Positions 12,313-25,460 of a DNA stretch of 64,000 nt are shown here, piece by piece. The stretch is taken from NCBI GenBank assembly GCA_034780895.1, contig JAUZTB010000064.1:108159442-108223441 (forward strand), written 5' to 3'. The notes under the pieces are model-generated. The model was not told where the DNA came from and did no database searches. It saw only the letters and a program-made list of their open reading frames with translations. Within the stretch, counting starts at the first letter, position 1, and each line of letters opens with the position of its first letter. The stretch comes from Rhynchobatus australiae (taxonomy: Eukaryota). The position numbers and the translations under genes were made by a program.

Positions 12313-13499
12313 AGCTCTTAAAGGAACATATGGGTCACTGACCCATCATACTTAACCCAGGATCCTGCACAATAACCACTCAGACTCACTAACCACAATT
12401 ATACACTCTCCCGACCATAAAATATCCTCCCCATGTTACCAGGCTGATGCTCCCACATTTCTTCCCATCATAATCACTAGCGCGTTATTCAGATGAGGGA
12501 GTACTTGAGGGCCATCCCCATATAAAAACAATGCCTACTGCGAAGAGAATGTCATGAAGTTTATTGCAGCACCACAGCTTACAGCTGGAAAGATCACTAC
12601 GCTAGGAGAGTATCTGATCATTGACATCATTACCCTGGCCTCCCTCTGAAAATTCAGACAGGCACAAGTATCTGTCTTCTTTAGCTCCTTAATCCCAAGG
12701 GGAAAAGGTGCATTGATCTTTAGGTTCTGCTCCCCTCTATTTTAGCAAGAGGTAGAAGGGCGCAGAGAAAGAAAGGGGATGAACAGCACAGATGACCACA
12801 TTTTGCCTTCCTGAACACAGAGTCTGAGAGACCTTGAGGAGAATACATTGTGGTAAATCAGCTGACAGAGTGAATTACAAGCTCTAAAATCTCGTCTCAT
12901 CCTACCAAGAATATGATAACAGCGGGAAATGGGTGAAGACATGAAGAAATTTTTAATAAGTCAAAGAACACTTTTAAATATATAAATGAATAACCAGATT
13001 AATTAGATCTAAATGGATAAAATTTACTAAATAGATTATACCGTTATTAAAATAGAAGGTAAGTGGCCAATATCTTCATAGACATAAGTGACATATACAG
13101 CTATATAACAAGTAGAAAGACTTGTAAGTAAAATATTGATACAGTTGCAATTCATTGTTTTCACTTTCTGTGCCAGATATTAACATATATTTTAATATTA
13201 GGATATTAAAATCCTACTTAAATAACAGTAAGAATACAACTGTGACAATAATGTCAGAAAACTAGATGTCGCCACATTGTACATTTAACATATAGGTATA
13301 AAATGATCATGTTTTCTCCAAGTGTATTTATTTTCTTTGTGCATTATCCAACTACTAAGCCACTGGAGGGTCATCCCCACTTAAAAGCAATGTCGGGGAC
13401 ATAGCCCATGTATCTGTCCCTCACACTCGGTACCACCCCCAACAGCCCAAGAAGGGTCCAGTGGGTCTACTTTAGATAGTGACCAATGAATCAAGGAAT

Positions 13500-13885
13500 T
13501 TCCTCTGTGGAGCAAAGAAGGTTAAAGGGAACTGACAGAGATTTTGCAAGTCATGTAGGATTGTGACATAAAATAATACAAAGAAACAGTTTCTAATAAT
13601 GCTGGATCAATCAATCAATCAAGAGGGCACAGGTTGAAGATAACTGGCAAAAGATCCAAATGTGACATTTGGAAATAACATTAATGCAGTGGATTGTCTG
13701 AATGTGCTGTCCGAAGGGGTGGTGGAAGCAGGATTAATAATAACACCCAAAGGGAACAGGATATGGCTGGAGAAAAATGTCCCTGACCATGAGGAAAGAA
13801 TACACAAATGGGGCTCATTAGATTGTTATGCCTAAGAGTGGGGAGAAACATGGTGGGGCAAATGGCCTCCTTCTGCACTCAATGT
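13500..13885 (+). mobile_element. Old CR1 3' fragment
   Basis: agagggcacaggttgaagataactggcaaaaga...ggtggtggaagcagg...aatggcctccttctgcac. Confidence 0.7.
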
Positions 13886-16800
13886 TTCTCTGACAACGAT
13901 AAAGACAAAGAGAGTGAAGTTGAAGAAGGTGAAAGCAAAGAGGGAAATGAGGCCAAACATGTGCAACTGTGAGTTCCTATACTAACCTGTCCCAGCTCCT
14001 GCTCAATCCAGTCCAACGTTAGCTTCCTATACTGACCTCTCCCAGCTCCTGCAACATTAGCTTCATCACCAACACCCAGACTCACTGGGATAACTGACTC
14101 TTGTTAGCAAGGATCTCACACAAGATGATTCATTGGGCTCAAGGGAGTCAGAGTAGTGGGCAGCGGGTGAGGTTGTGCTATCTGCCACTGGAGGCTGAGA
14201 AGACTGCAAAAGCAGTTTGAGACAGTGGACTAAGAAACTCATGCTTATTTATATGGAAAGAATGATGTCTAAAGATCATTGCACCCAAGTTCAGGTTCTC
14301 AAAACAGTCTCTGAAAATATGTGGCAACTGGCAGGTACAATTCTAACCTACCGTTCTTAATTCTGACAATATCAAAGAAGCCCCTTTTTTCACTGTAGTT
14401 CAATGGTTCAATAGTCATTGCAATGAAGACTCCAACCCACAAATAGCAAGGGACCAGTAACTGGCTTTGTCTCCATGGAAGCAAAGATTGTAGCTCTGAT
14501 GGCTATAGAGGACAGAATAGGGAGTAGCCTGCATTGTGGTTTCCAGATCATGGTGATCTTGAAAATTTCTGATGACTCTTGGGGCTTTGGGGATCTGTTA
14601 AATGCAATTAGACCAGCAATCTTGCACTTTACTGGTGATAGTGATCCAGGGCCCAGTGGAATCTCACTGGCTGTGCTTTCCTTGGCACAGTACGTGTCTC
14701 ATTACCACATCAGTGGAGTGTAGGAGCTGACACTGCCTGCCCACTGGAACATAAATGTAAAAGATAATTTGAAACATTATCGTACATAAATGAGAGGACT
14801 GAGGACAGAGGAGGCTGATTACAGGAAGACTGAAAAGCTCATAGTGATTTAATGCTGGAATACCAGCTCCTGCCCAAAATTTGTGCCAGTCAAATTTACA
14901 TGTGTATTGGAAATGCAAAGAAAATGCAAAAATGTGGAACTAAAATTGGTCTTTTCTAACATGAAACTTAAAAGAAAATTATGAATTTTGAAGAGCAGAT
15001 TTACCCATCGCTGGTTTAAAAATAGCAAATGAAATAAGATGCGTTCACTTTCAGTACTAGACCTAGGTCCTGTCCCCTAAGGCTTGGCTATATGCTTCCT
15101 GTCCTGTGGAACTAACATGATTGCTATCTGTGGTTCAACTGTGCACTGTAGAGTGCAAAGTTAAATTGATATCCTGGAGCTATTTTCACAATTGTCTTTT
15201 GAGAATCAGGAAGAAATGTATCAGAGGAAACTAAAGCCACGGAGATTTACTTAACAATGTTTTATGCAATTACACTTGAACAAAACTGGACATAAAAATA
15301 AAAGATGAAATGACTCTTCACTTGTAAGGTTATAACTAATATGAATGTTTTGCTGCAGGGGGTTATGTTACTGATACCCACAAGGAGGTGGAAAGAGAAA
15401 TGATGCAACTGTTCNNNNNNNNNNNNNNNNNNNNNNNNNNNNNNNNNNNNNNNNNNNNNNNNNNNNNNNNNNNNNNNNNNNNNNNNNNNNNNNNNNNNNN
15501 NNNNNNNNNNNNNNNNNNNNNNNNNNNNNNNNNNNNNNNNNNNNNNNNNNNNNNNNNNNNNNNNNNNNNNNNNNNNNNNNNNNNNNNNNNNNNNNNNNNN
15601 NNNNNNNNNNNNNNNNNNNNNNNNNNNNNNNNNNNNNNNNNNNNNNNNNNNNNNNNNNNNNNNNNNNNNNNNNNNNNNNNNNNNNNNNNNNNNNNNNNNN
15701 NNNNNNNNNNNNNNNNNNNNNNNNNNNNNNNNCTCCACAATATCCATTATTGACATGTAGAGGTCCATAGAGGACTTCAGAAGAGTTTGATAATGATGGG
15801 GGGGGGGGGGGGAAGGGGAGGGTGAGGAGAATTGCCAAGGACGTTAAAAGAAAACAAGATCATACTTTCAGAGAAATTTTTATTTCAAGTTTCATAGACA
15901 CAGCCTAAATAAAGGCTGATTCTGCAGATGACGCCCATGCCATTCTTAAACCATGTAAGCACAGCAAAAATTGTGCAAGTGATGTCAATCAAGCATTATA
16001 TGCCAGCTGACTCCACTATGCATGTGCAGCAACTTCCATGTGCATTTGTGTCACTTGCACAGAAGTTGTCCCTAAAACTTTCACAAGTGTGTTGCATGTG
16101 AGCAAAGTGCCTGACCCTGCTTTCTGGTTAGATTTACTGGCAGCACATAGAATTTCTAGGCCACTAACATTTAAGCAAGTACAGAGGCAAAGAGAGAAGG
16201 GGAGGAAAGAACAAATGGGGAGGAAGGCAGGAGAGATTAAATGACAAAGGGTGCAACACAAAATGAGGTGCTAATGGATCAAGGAAAGAAATTTTATTCT
16301 CTAAAAGTGTTAACATCTTCCATTTACATCTGAAATTAGAGTATGGAGGGAGTTGGCAGAGTCGGACTGATAGCAGAGCAAGAGATCGGCCAAAGAATGG
16401 AGTTCAAAATATACTCTGCAGCACGACCATCCTCCCCCTGATCTTCCACCTGCTTCCATCCCAGTGATCATCCATTCCAATCCCTTCCCCACAATCCTTT
16501 CCTTGATGCTCCTAATCTCTCTGGGCCTCTGATTGCCTCATCAGGGTCTTTCTTAACTCTTCGCCCCGCTCTCCAATTGCCTTCCCAATCATTCCCTCCC
16601 ACATCCATTTCTATCTGCTCATGCCACCATCTTCTTTCCCAGTCACTTACTTACAGGGTAGTCCCCCTCAGTCCCTCCCCACAATTATTCAGCCACAAAA
16701 GCCCCCAGATTCTTCCTCCCACCACTCTGACTAACCCCCAACTCTGATCTCCCGCGGAACTCATCCCCTGCAACACTTTGATCAATCCCTTCTGTCATGA

Positions 16801-17259
16801 AAGACATAAGACCTGCTCACCTAGATTGGGAGCATATGCAGGGTTATAGACTCAAGACTGTCATTTCTAACATCAAGTATGTTAGAATATCAGACATTTT
16901 TGGTCCCACATTAAAGTGGCACACCTTAACAGGTGAAAATGTGTTGAATCATTTTTAGTTGAATGCCTGTTTTTATTCATTTATAGTTAGAACACTTGGC
17001 TGTCACAGTATATGTGACCCTCACCAACCCCACCCCCATCAACGCCCATTTCCCCAACCATGCATCACAGGTCCCACCATCAATCTTTAGCTGCTGACCA
17101 TTGCCTAACCTACCTTCTCATTCATTCCAGACCATCTAATCCCCACTGCAGATTTCTCTCCCCAAGACTCCCAAGTCCCACCCTTAGCAATGGACTTAGC
17201 TGTTTTCTGTCACTGCTCTACACTGGACACAAAGGAAAGAGCTTACTGTTATGTGCCAA

Positions 17260-18740
17260 ATTAAAAGTGTCTGCCACAAAAACAGAAAATGCAAGAAAAG
17301 CTCAGCAAGTCAAACATTTTCTGTAGAATGAGAAACAGTAAACATTTTGGGCCAGTACACTTCTTGAGAACTGGGAAAGAGAAAGATGCCAGTAGGTTTT
17401 CAGTTGGGAGGAAAGTGGAAGAGGGATGTGTAAAGCAAAGGGATTGCCTGTGATAGGATAAGTTGAAATGGTATAATGGGAACAGTTACCAACACATTGA
17501 ACTACTAGGCCTGTGTAATGAGTTGATAGTGGTGAGGTGGTGGGACTTGCACTGCAGGCTAGACTTATGTGTGTAAGATAAAAAAAACACAGAAAATGGA
17601 AAATGTTGGAGAAATTAAGCGGGTCAGATAGCATCCGTAGAAAGAGAAACAGTTAATTTTTCAAATGAGGGACCCTTCATCAGACCTGAGAAAGAGAAAC
17701 TGTTCGTCTGGGCAGCAACAAATTGTGGGTGAAACCAATGGAATTTCTCTGATTGAGTGAACACATGGAACAGATGGGATAAGATATTATGCTTGCGTAA
17801 TTTGCGGTTGACATCTTCTGGCATACTAGGGCACGTTCAGCAGGACAGACTATGCACAGAGAGGAAAAGAAAAAAAGAAGAGCAGGTGGAAATATTCTGA
17901 AATAGACAGGAAGAAAGAACATGTTATGTAGAGTTAGAGAGTTTGATGATAAGTCTGGAAGGTTTCAACATGCCAAGAGAGAAGATGAAGAGTTGTTCCT
18001 TGATCTTGCATTAGGTCTTGTTGTAACAGTGCAGGAGGCTACAGATAGAGGTCAGAGTGAGAGTGTCAGGATACATTAAAATGGCAGGCAACTGGAAACT
18101 TGGGATCGTTCCTCCAGAGAGAGCGCAGGTGCTCCACAAACCAATCACCTAATCTGTGTTCGGTTTCTCTAATGAAGAGGACACCACACGGTGTTTCAAA
18201 TGAGGGACCCTTCATCAGACCTAAGGAAGAGAAACTGTTTGTCTGGGCAGCTACAAATTGTGGGTGAAACCAATGGAATTTCTCTGATTGAGTGAACACA
18301 TGGAACAGATGGGATAAGATATCAGTGGACTAGNNNNNNNNNNNNNNNNNNNNNNNNNNNNNNNNNNNNNNNNNNNNNNNNNNNNNNNNNNNNNNNNNNN
18401 NNNNNNNNNNNNNNNNNNNNNNNNNNNNNNNNNAGATGGGATAAGATATCAGTGGACTAGATTGGAAGAAGAGCAAGTGAAATGTTACTTCGCTTGGACA
18501 GATGGTGGGAAGGGAAGCGGTGAAAGGACAAGTGTTGTACCTCTTGCAGTTGCATGGAAAAATGCTATGCAATGGGGAGTGGCAGGCAGGGACAGAAGAG
18601 CAGACAAGGGAGTCACAATCCCTACAAAGTACTGAAAGGAGAGGGGAGGGGAATGTGTGTCTAATGGTGGAATCTTGTTTGAGCTGGCAGAAATTGTGAA
18701 GGATGACATGTTGAAAACAGAGGTTGGTGGGGTGAAAGAT
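17260..18740 (-). mobile_element. Penelope-like fragments (tandem termini plus GIY-YIG region)
   Basis: Minus-strand FIRETEHRLGDWFVEHLRSLWRNDPKFPVACHFN and FPCNCKRYNTCPF. PLE terminus motifs at ~17280-17400 and ~17585-17690. Confidence 0.82.
17659..18322. repeat. 129-bp direct repeat (17659-17787 and 18194-18322)
   Basis: tttcaaatgagggacccttcatcagac...gggataagatat occurs twice, with about 4 substitutions. Confidence 0.92.
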
Positions 18741-19092
18741 GCCTTAAGGTGTAGGCACGACTAAAGCACAGGCCTAAAAGTAAACTGGTTCTTTTTTTTA
18801 ACTACACAGGTATGGATTAACATGTCTCTTTCTATAACGTAGAACCTAGAACAGTTCACCATATTCTACACTAAGTCTAACCAAGGTTCAATATTTTAAG
18901 CAATTTGCTTTTGAATTTTCCTCTGGAAATGAGCTAAGTGCTTTGCTTGCACTTCTTATTTCTTTGCTAATCTGTCTAATTATATTTAATGTTGTGTACC
19001 TGGGCTTCCAGATCCCTTTGTGTCTCCACCACATGCAGATCTTAAGAGATACTCATCTGTTTTCAGTTGGTAGTTCTGAAAGTTGTTATAAT

Positions 19093-19378
19093 GGGCAGCA
19101 TAGTTAGTGCTGCCGTTGCACAACTCAAGTGACCTGGGTTCATTCCTGACGTCTGGTGCTGTCTGGGTTGAGTTTGCACATTCTCCCTGTGACCATGTGG
19201 GTTTCCCAGGGTGCTCTAGCTTCCTTGTGATCCTAAAGTTGAGCTGTTAATTGTCCTTGTATAGGTGGGTTGGGAAATAATCAATGGGGAGAATAGGTTG
19301 CAGTGAATAAGTGGGAGCATGGGACTGATGCCTGAGCTCTGAGAGCTGGCCTAGACTGGACGGCCTCCTTCTGAATTA
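19093..19378 (+). mobile_element. V-SINE (HE1-like)
   Basis: gacctgggttcattcc B-box region and V-core gagtttgcacattctccctgtgaccatgtgggtttcc. Confidence 0.85.
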
Positions 19379-21774
19379 CACGAAAATATGAGGAAGGTCT
19401 GCTACCTACCGTATTCCTCATCTCCACCTTTCTGAGTACTCGGTTCCATTTACTCTCCCATGTTGCAAGTTTGTTAACATTTCCTCATATTTTGTTGCAG
19501 TCTCCCCTGACATTAACCATACCACATAATAACTTAAATTATCTTCACCCTGGGAAACAGGCTGACGATAGGATGTAGAAGCAGGCAAGAATTGGGCACG
19601 GGGGAAAATCTGCTCTTATTATATGGTTGTACCTTTAACTAAAACTGTAACAGAATTATATCTGATCTTATGTAATATTAAAACCACAATAACAAATCTA
19701 TTTAAACATAGTAATTAGGATCCTCAAAGCAAATCAGAAAATTACAACCAGATTGGTATTCTCCTCCAGTTTAACTAAAGACAGGATATTCCAATTAGAG
19801 TGTAATGTTGTCTTAGTGGGGGTTGTATTTAGTGGAACTCTCTGCTGTATGTTTTGGCAAATAAATAGATGATAGCTTATTTTAATAAATGTATGTGTCA
19901 CCATGGCTCCCTTCCAAATATGGAGAAATTAAATGAAATTTAGGCTAATGTCTACAATTATGTCTAAGATTATGTTGTGATTCCCAATGGCATAGAGTTG
20001 TCGAGAATTTAGTGCGAATGCAGTTCATTGACTTTAAAGAATTACAATCCGAAACGCACTCTGGGAAAGGCAAAGATTCTGTCACGCTTTGAAGGTATGT
20101 TTCCTCTGTTTGCCATTGGAAACAAATTATAAATGCACAAGTCCCTATGACTTTATAGAATTGTAAAACTCTTTATGTTCCTATCCATTTATATTGTAAT
20201 TAATATATTTATATCTTATGAATGAAACTTATTCTCCAAAATTACAATAATGCTTATTAGTTTAATTTAGCTGAAACAATTTTACAGATTGTGACATGAT
20301 TTTGTACCGGATAGAGCAACATTAAAGAGTATATTTCCACCACACTGGTATTGTGTGGCCAACACCAGTGATCACAGTTTAAACAGTGAAAGGCAAGGAG
20401 GGGTGGTGGTGGGGGTGTGGGGGGTGAAGGTTTAATGGTGAAAGTTAGGTCAGTAGCCTTTAGACGTACTATGTGCCCAATGAACAAAATCCAATGTTTT
20501 CCATCTGGGCTTCAGCAACCTAAAGTATTAAGATGGACATTCGAATGGGAATGTCAACTAACAAAGGGAACTGAGACTAAGTGAGGGGAGGTTCATGTTC
20601 ACCTGAGGCAGTTAACAACTCAGTTTTGCCATACTCTCCAAGTACATTCTCTGCCTTTGATGGTAGAGCAGATAAAAGAGGATTAGCTTCTGTCTTCTAT
20701 GCTTCAAGAAGACGAGCTCTAAAATTTCATCTCCCGGGGATGATGATTGTTCTGTCCATTGTTAGTATATTGGACCTAGTAGCATTCAAAGGTGAATACT
20801 ATTAGCTAAACTTATTAGTGAACATTAAGGTAACTCCCCTCAGAGAGCATTCTTTGCCATTCCTTACCTCAATGCTCTTCCAAAAGGTATTCAAGGTGTT
20901 CACTTTAGCAGTGTTAGGTAGTAATCAGATTTCTTTGCCTTTGCTTGAACTGAAACCATGATATATCATGAGATCTGGGAACAACATTGAGAATTCCCAA
21001 AGTGTGTTACTCTGCCTCCACTTCTGGGTCTACCACAACGTGCCAAGTGATAGTGATGGAGGAAACTGCATCTTTGGCCAAAAAAATAAGATTCTGCAAG
21101 CCAAGTTTTGTTAACTAATGTTGCTTGACCTAACTTTATATTTAAATCATGAACGCTCTTGTTGAGACAATGGTCCATACAGTTTCAATGTGTTGAACAA
21201 CTAGATTACCTGCTCCTAATACATTCACGCTACGTGAAATGCCGTGATGGTCTTTATTTCTGCCCATCTCTCCACAATTAACTGACTCTATTAGAAATAT
21301 ATTCCTGGTCTGTTTGAAGTTGTGAAATAGACTAACAGTGGTCAGGGGTTTTTGGCAAATGTGTTGAGCTTCACATTTGCCTAATTCGTTAAACAGTGAG
21401 GTAAATAAGAAGTCGTTTATATGAGGATACATGAGGAGGAGATATGGCGAAAACATTGAAGAACCCAGATTTGAGGATCATGCTGCTTAGCTGCTTGTGC
21501 ATCACCGCACTGTTGGACTGAACACATTCAATGATATGGTGAGGAATAAAGAAATATGAAATGCACAGCAAGTGTGTATGAGATTGATGATAAATGAGAG
21601 AATTTGAGCAGAATTTGCTGCACTATTCCTGCACCTCCCAAACCTCTACAAGATCAGAATCTAGTGTTAAGGTGGCATTGAGATTCCTGGAGATGGGGAC
21701 AAATACAGTGAACTTATACTAAATAACTGAGTTTTCTGCTAACTCTTGCTATCTAATGCAGACTATGTGACTGT

Positions 21775-22090
21775 TTTGCAGAGCACCTGCATTCATTCTG
21801 CAGAGGTGACCCTAAGATTCCAGTTCCCTGTCACTTTAATTCTCCATCCGACTCCCACTTTGACCTATTTGTCCGTAGCCTCCTCGTAATTCTAAGCTTA
21901 ATTAATGTTAAGAAACAAAGCTGCATCTTCCATCTAGGCACATTGCAGCCTTCCAGACTCAATATCAAATTCAACGGTTCCAGATGACTTGATTTCCCTG
22001 TTTATGTTGGAATTAATCCATCTGTAACATTGGCCTTATCTTTCTCTCTCCACTGACAAGGCCTGACCTGCTGGGCATTTCCTATCTTTC
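21775..22090 (+). mobile_element. Penelope-like 3' fragment
   Basis: tttgcagagcacctgc...ccagttccctgtcactttaattctcc (FAEHL...PV..HFNS) and gcctgacctgctgggcatttcc. Confidence 0.65.
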
Positions 22091-24059
22091 ATATGAAGGT
22101 CAATGACTGCATTCATCTGATTGGGGCCACACTGGATTTGCCACTTATGGTTGGCATAAAACTGAGGGGCTTGGTATGACATGTAGTAGGTCCCTCAATT
22201 TAGCAATTTACTCCAGTTGACCATTAGCACATCCCTACCCAGATTATCCACCCAGTTTATCAGAACAGTCCTCCTAAGGAGACAGGTATCTCTCACAATC
22301 CCCTCCCCCAGTTTATCTTGATGGTTGGTCTAGCCTCTCTGGGCAGGCCAGAGCCTGCTGTTGGTGAGCGTAAACTGTAAACTGGTGAGCGTAAACGTAA
22401 ACTGTAAGAACCAAAGGCTGTGGTCCAATCAGGGGATGAGCTGTGTACACAGCAGAGACACTGCTCTTCCTGCTTAAATTTACATTAAAAACAGTCTGGA
22501 TTACGTGGACCTCCAGCCAGACCACAATACAATTTTTCTGTCTCTGGTGCTCTCTTGTGGTTAGTAATGGAATAGCTGAAATGAAGAATTCAGCCTCAGG
22601 CTCTGTAGGCTAAGCAGTACAGTATATTTGTTGATAAATGTCGATAAATGCTGATTTTACCCCTCTTGCATGATAAAAAATCCACCATTAATATCATTAC
22701 TTATGTTCTCATCTTAAAGGGAGTTCACTAGTAAAGCCCTCACTAANNNNNNNNNNTGCAACTGCCAAATGGACACAATGATTTATAGCAAGCAAGATTT
22801 GTTTTATTGAACTATGCATATTTACATTTTATTTAGACATATTTTAATGGTGCACTGTCATTGATAAATAGTCTCTTCCTAGAACCCTAATTTTGTGCAA
22901 ACCTGAAAATTCAAATAAAATGTGAAAAAATGTCAAAAAAGAATTATCATTATTATCAGTCAAAATAAAATTTAAAAATAAATAATAAATTCTGGCAAAC
23001 CTAATCTTATAGTAGCATCATTCATAATTTTCATAATAAGATTTGCTACCACAGAAACTGTCAGGAATGCAATCTGAAGTTTTCATTTTAGATCTTCAGC
23101 CGATATGTATTATGTCAAGCTTAAACTAACCTGCAAAGTATCAGTGGGATTGCTGCAAAGTCCCACTTTGAGGTGTTGTTCTCTGATTGCTTCAGTTGAA
23201 AATGAGATTAATGAAACACTCAAAAGCACTTTACTGGAATTATCCCAATGCCATGCTTGTTTCTGAATCATCAATGGACACCAGGCTAACGTTCATGTGA
23301 GCGCTGGTGTCCATTGATGGTACATTTAAAAATGGTACAGATATGCAATGCAAGAAGATAGAACAAATCAAAACTTCAAACAAGATTCAGAATCCACTTC
23401 CGTTTTATGATACAAACACGCAGATGCATTTTTTTGTTGATTAAGGGAATTTTACAACTGCGTTATTGGTTTTAATTCTCAGGCAGTCACTGGACTTGAA
23501 AATAAACTTCATAGTTGAGGATGAAGTGTAATTATCCCACTAACCTAACTGAACATATTCCCCCTTGGCCACTCNNNNNNNNNNATCTCAGTCCCTCATA
23601 CTCTGCCTCCTCTGAGTTCACTGCCATCACATCTTCTGTAAACCTCTCCATTTATATAAACTCTTCTAATAATCAAAATATCATCCCAATCAGGCATTTT
23701 ATCATCTCCATCTACAACAATTTTATACCCCACAGCATTCTCAAGTCAGCCATCTTTTTAAACCCAAATTATCTCTGTGGAAATAGCTCTCTGCATCACA
23801 GATAACTGTATTCTGGATCTCAATTGCATTAGCCTTTCTCCCTTCAGCTGCTACGTGTTCCCTCACTACGTCACTTGCAGTTTTTTTTTTCACTTTTACT
23901 TGTCTGGTACATCTTCTTGGCTTACCCTAAATCTTTGCCCTTTCTTGTTAAATAGGTAGAAACTTCATAAAGTATGCTTCCTCAGGACATCTAATCTCAT
24001 GAAAGGTCATTGTTCATTGCCTTTCCCCACTATTTTGATGAGGTTATTTTGAACCACAG

Positions 24060-25460
24060 AGCAGATGCAATCCCTGTTGGCAAAAAAGTACTTCTGGTGT
24101 AGTTCATGTCCTCAATCTCCCTCATCTGGGATGAGAAGAGTGGAGCAGGGGATCTCAGGGATGCCGTAATCATCTGCTACAAAGAAGACATGTCCAATTA
24201 GCAACTACAGAGAGGTCTTCCTGTTGTCTGCCACAGGAAAATTCATCACATAGATGCTGCTCAATCTCCTCAGTGGTGATCAAAAAACTCCTCCCAAAAT
24301 CCTAGTGTTGATTCCATCCATCAAGAAGTACAATGTACAAGACCTTTATCTCATGACAAATCCAAAAAAATGCAGAGCAGCATCAGTCACTGGGCACAGC
24401 CTTTTTAACCAGACAGACTGTTTGAGTTTGTCATCTCCATTCCAGAAGCAAAATCACCCCAAGCTTTGTCATCCATTTACAGCACGTAAATATTACTTGT
24501 ATGTGTCCATATTCAGAGGTCAAGCTCTAAGTCAATGTTGATTCCTTCACTGAAGCATATGAGAGGCTGGGCCTTATGCTAAACCTCCAAAAGAGAAACA
24601 TCCTCTACCACCACCACCACAACCCCCACCAGACATTACTAGTAGACAATCAAGATACATGATGAGACTTTGGAAAACATGTATCACTTTCCAAATCTCA
24701 GAAACCACCTCTCAATAAAGACAGGCTCAATTACAAAACTCATTTTTTGCCTCCACTGCACCAACATTGATTTTGGTTGACTGAGGAAAAGAGTGTTTGA
24801 AGACCAAGACCATAATCCCAAATCCAAGCTCAAGAGCAGCAGGGCAGCAGTAGTCGCCATCCTCCTATGTGCTCGTGATCTACAGTAGACACCTCAAAGC
24901 ACTTGAGAGAAATTATTAACACTGCCTTTGCAAAATTGTCCAAATCCACTGGCAGAATGAACAAACTAATGTCAGAATCATCTCCAAGGCCAATATCTCC
25001 AGCAATGAACCCATGTTATACCCATTCGACTCCAATGGGCAAACAATATCAAAGTCAAGTTTATTGTCATATGCACAAGTACATGTTCGCACAGGTGCAA
25101 TGAAAAACTTACTTGCAGCAGCATCTCAGGCACATACCATCATATAGACAGCATTCACAAGAAAAAACAAAAATTAAACATAAATTAAACACACTTTTTA
25201 CAAGAAAGAACACAATTAGAACAAAAAAAAGTCTATTTTAGTGCAAAGCAAAGTGATCCACTTGCCCAATGCCAGACACCCAATATAAGTATTCTATTCC
25301 AAACTCCAACATGGCAAGAGATTTCCAGGAGGTCAAAGAAAACTCTTCAAGGATGTGCCCAAAGTATCCATGCAGAAATGCAACATTCTCACTGGCTCTT
25401 GGGAATCCCTTGCAATTATTCGTATAGTAAGCTTATGCCTAGCATGGGGATCATTCACTA
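24060..25460 (+). mobile_element. Decayed RTE-clade LINE with a nested ~0.2-kb insertion at ~25045-25250
   Basis: DLRDAVII, NYR..LLSATGK, FTEAYERLGLMLNLQK, LRKRVFEDQD and RLQWA motifs. The nested piece starts aaagtcaagtttattgtcatatg and resembles the reverse 3' tail of another LINE. Confidence 0.75.

Noticed and set aside
13980-14730. Possible further transposase remnant
   Set aside because: No ordered set of motifs could be recovered by eye.
18307-18460. 27-bp identical repeat on both sides of a 100-N gap
   Set aside because: Typical scaffolding overlap artefact.
22182-22531. Possible second solo LTR (tgtagt...aataca, with internal tggtgagcgtaaac duplication)
   Set aside because: No TSD found and the terminal match is weak.
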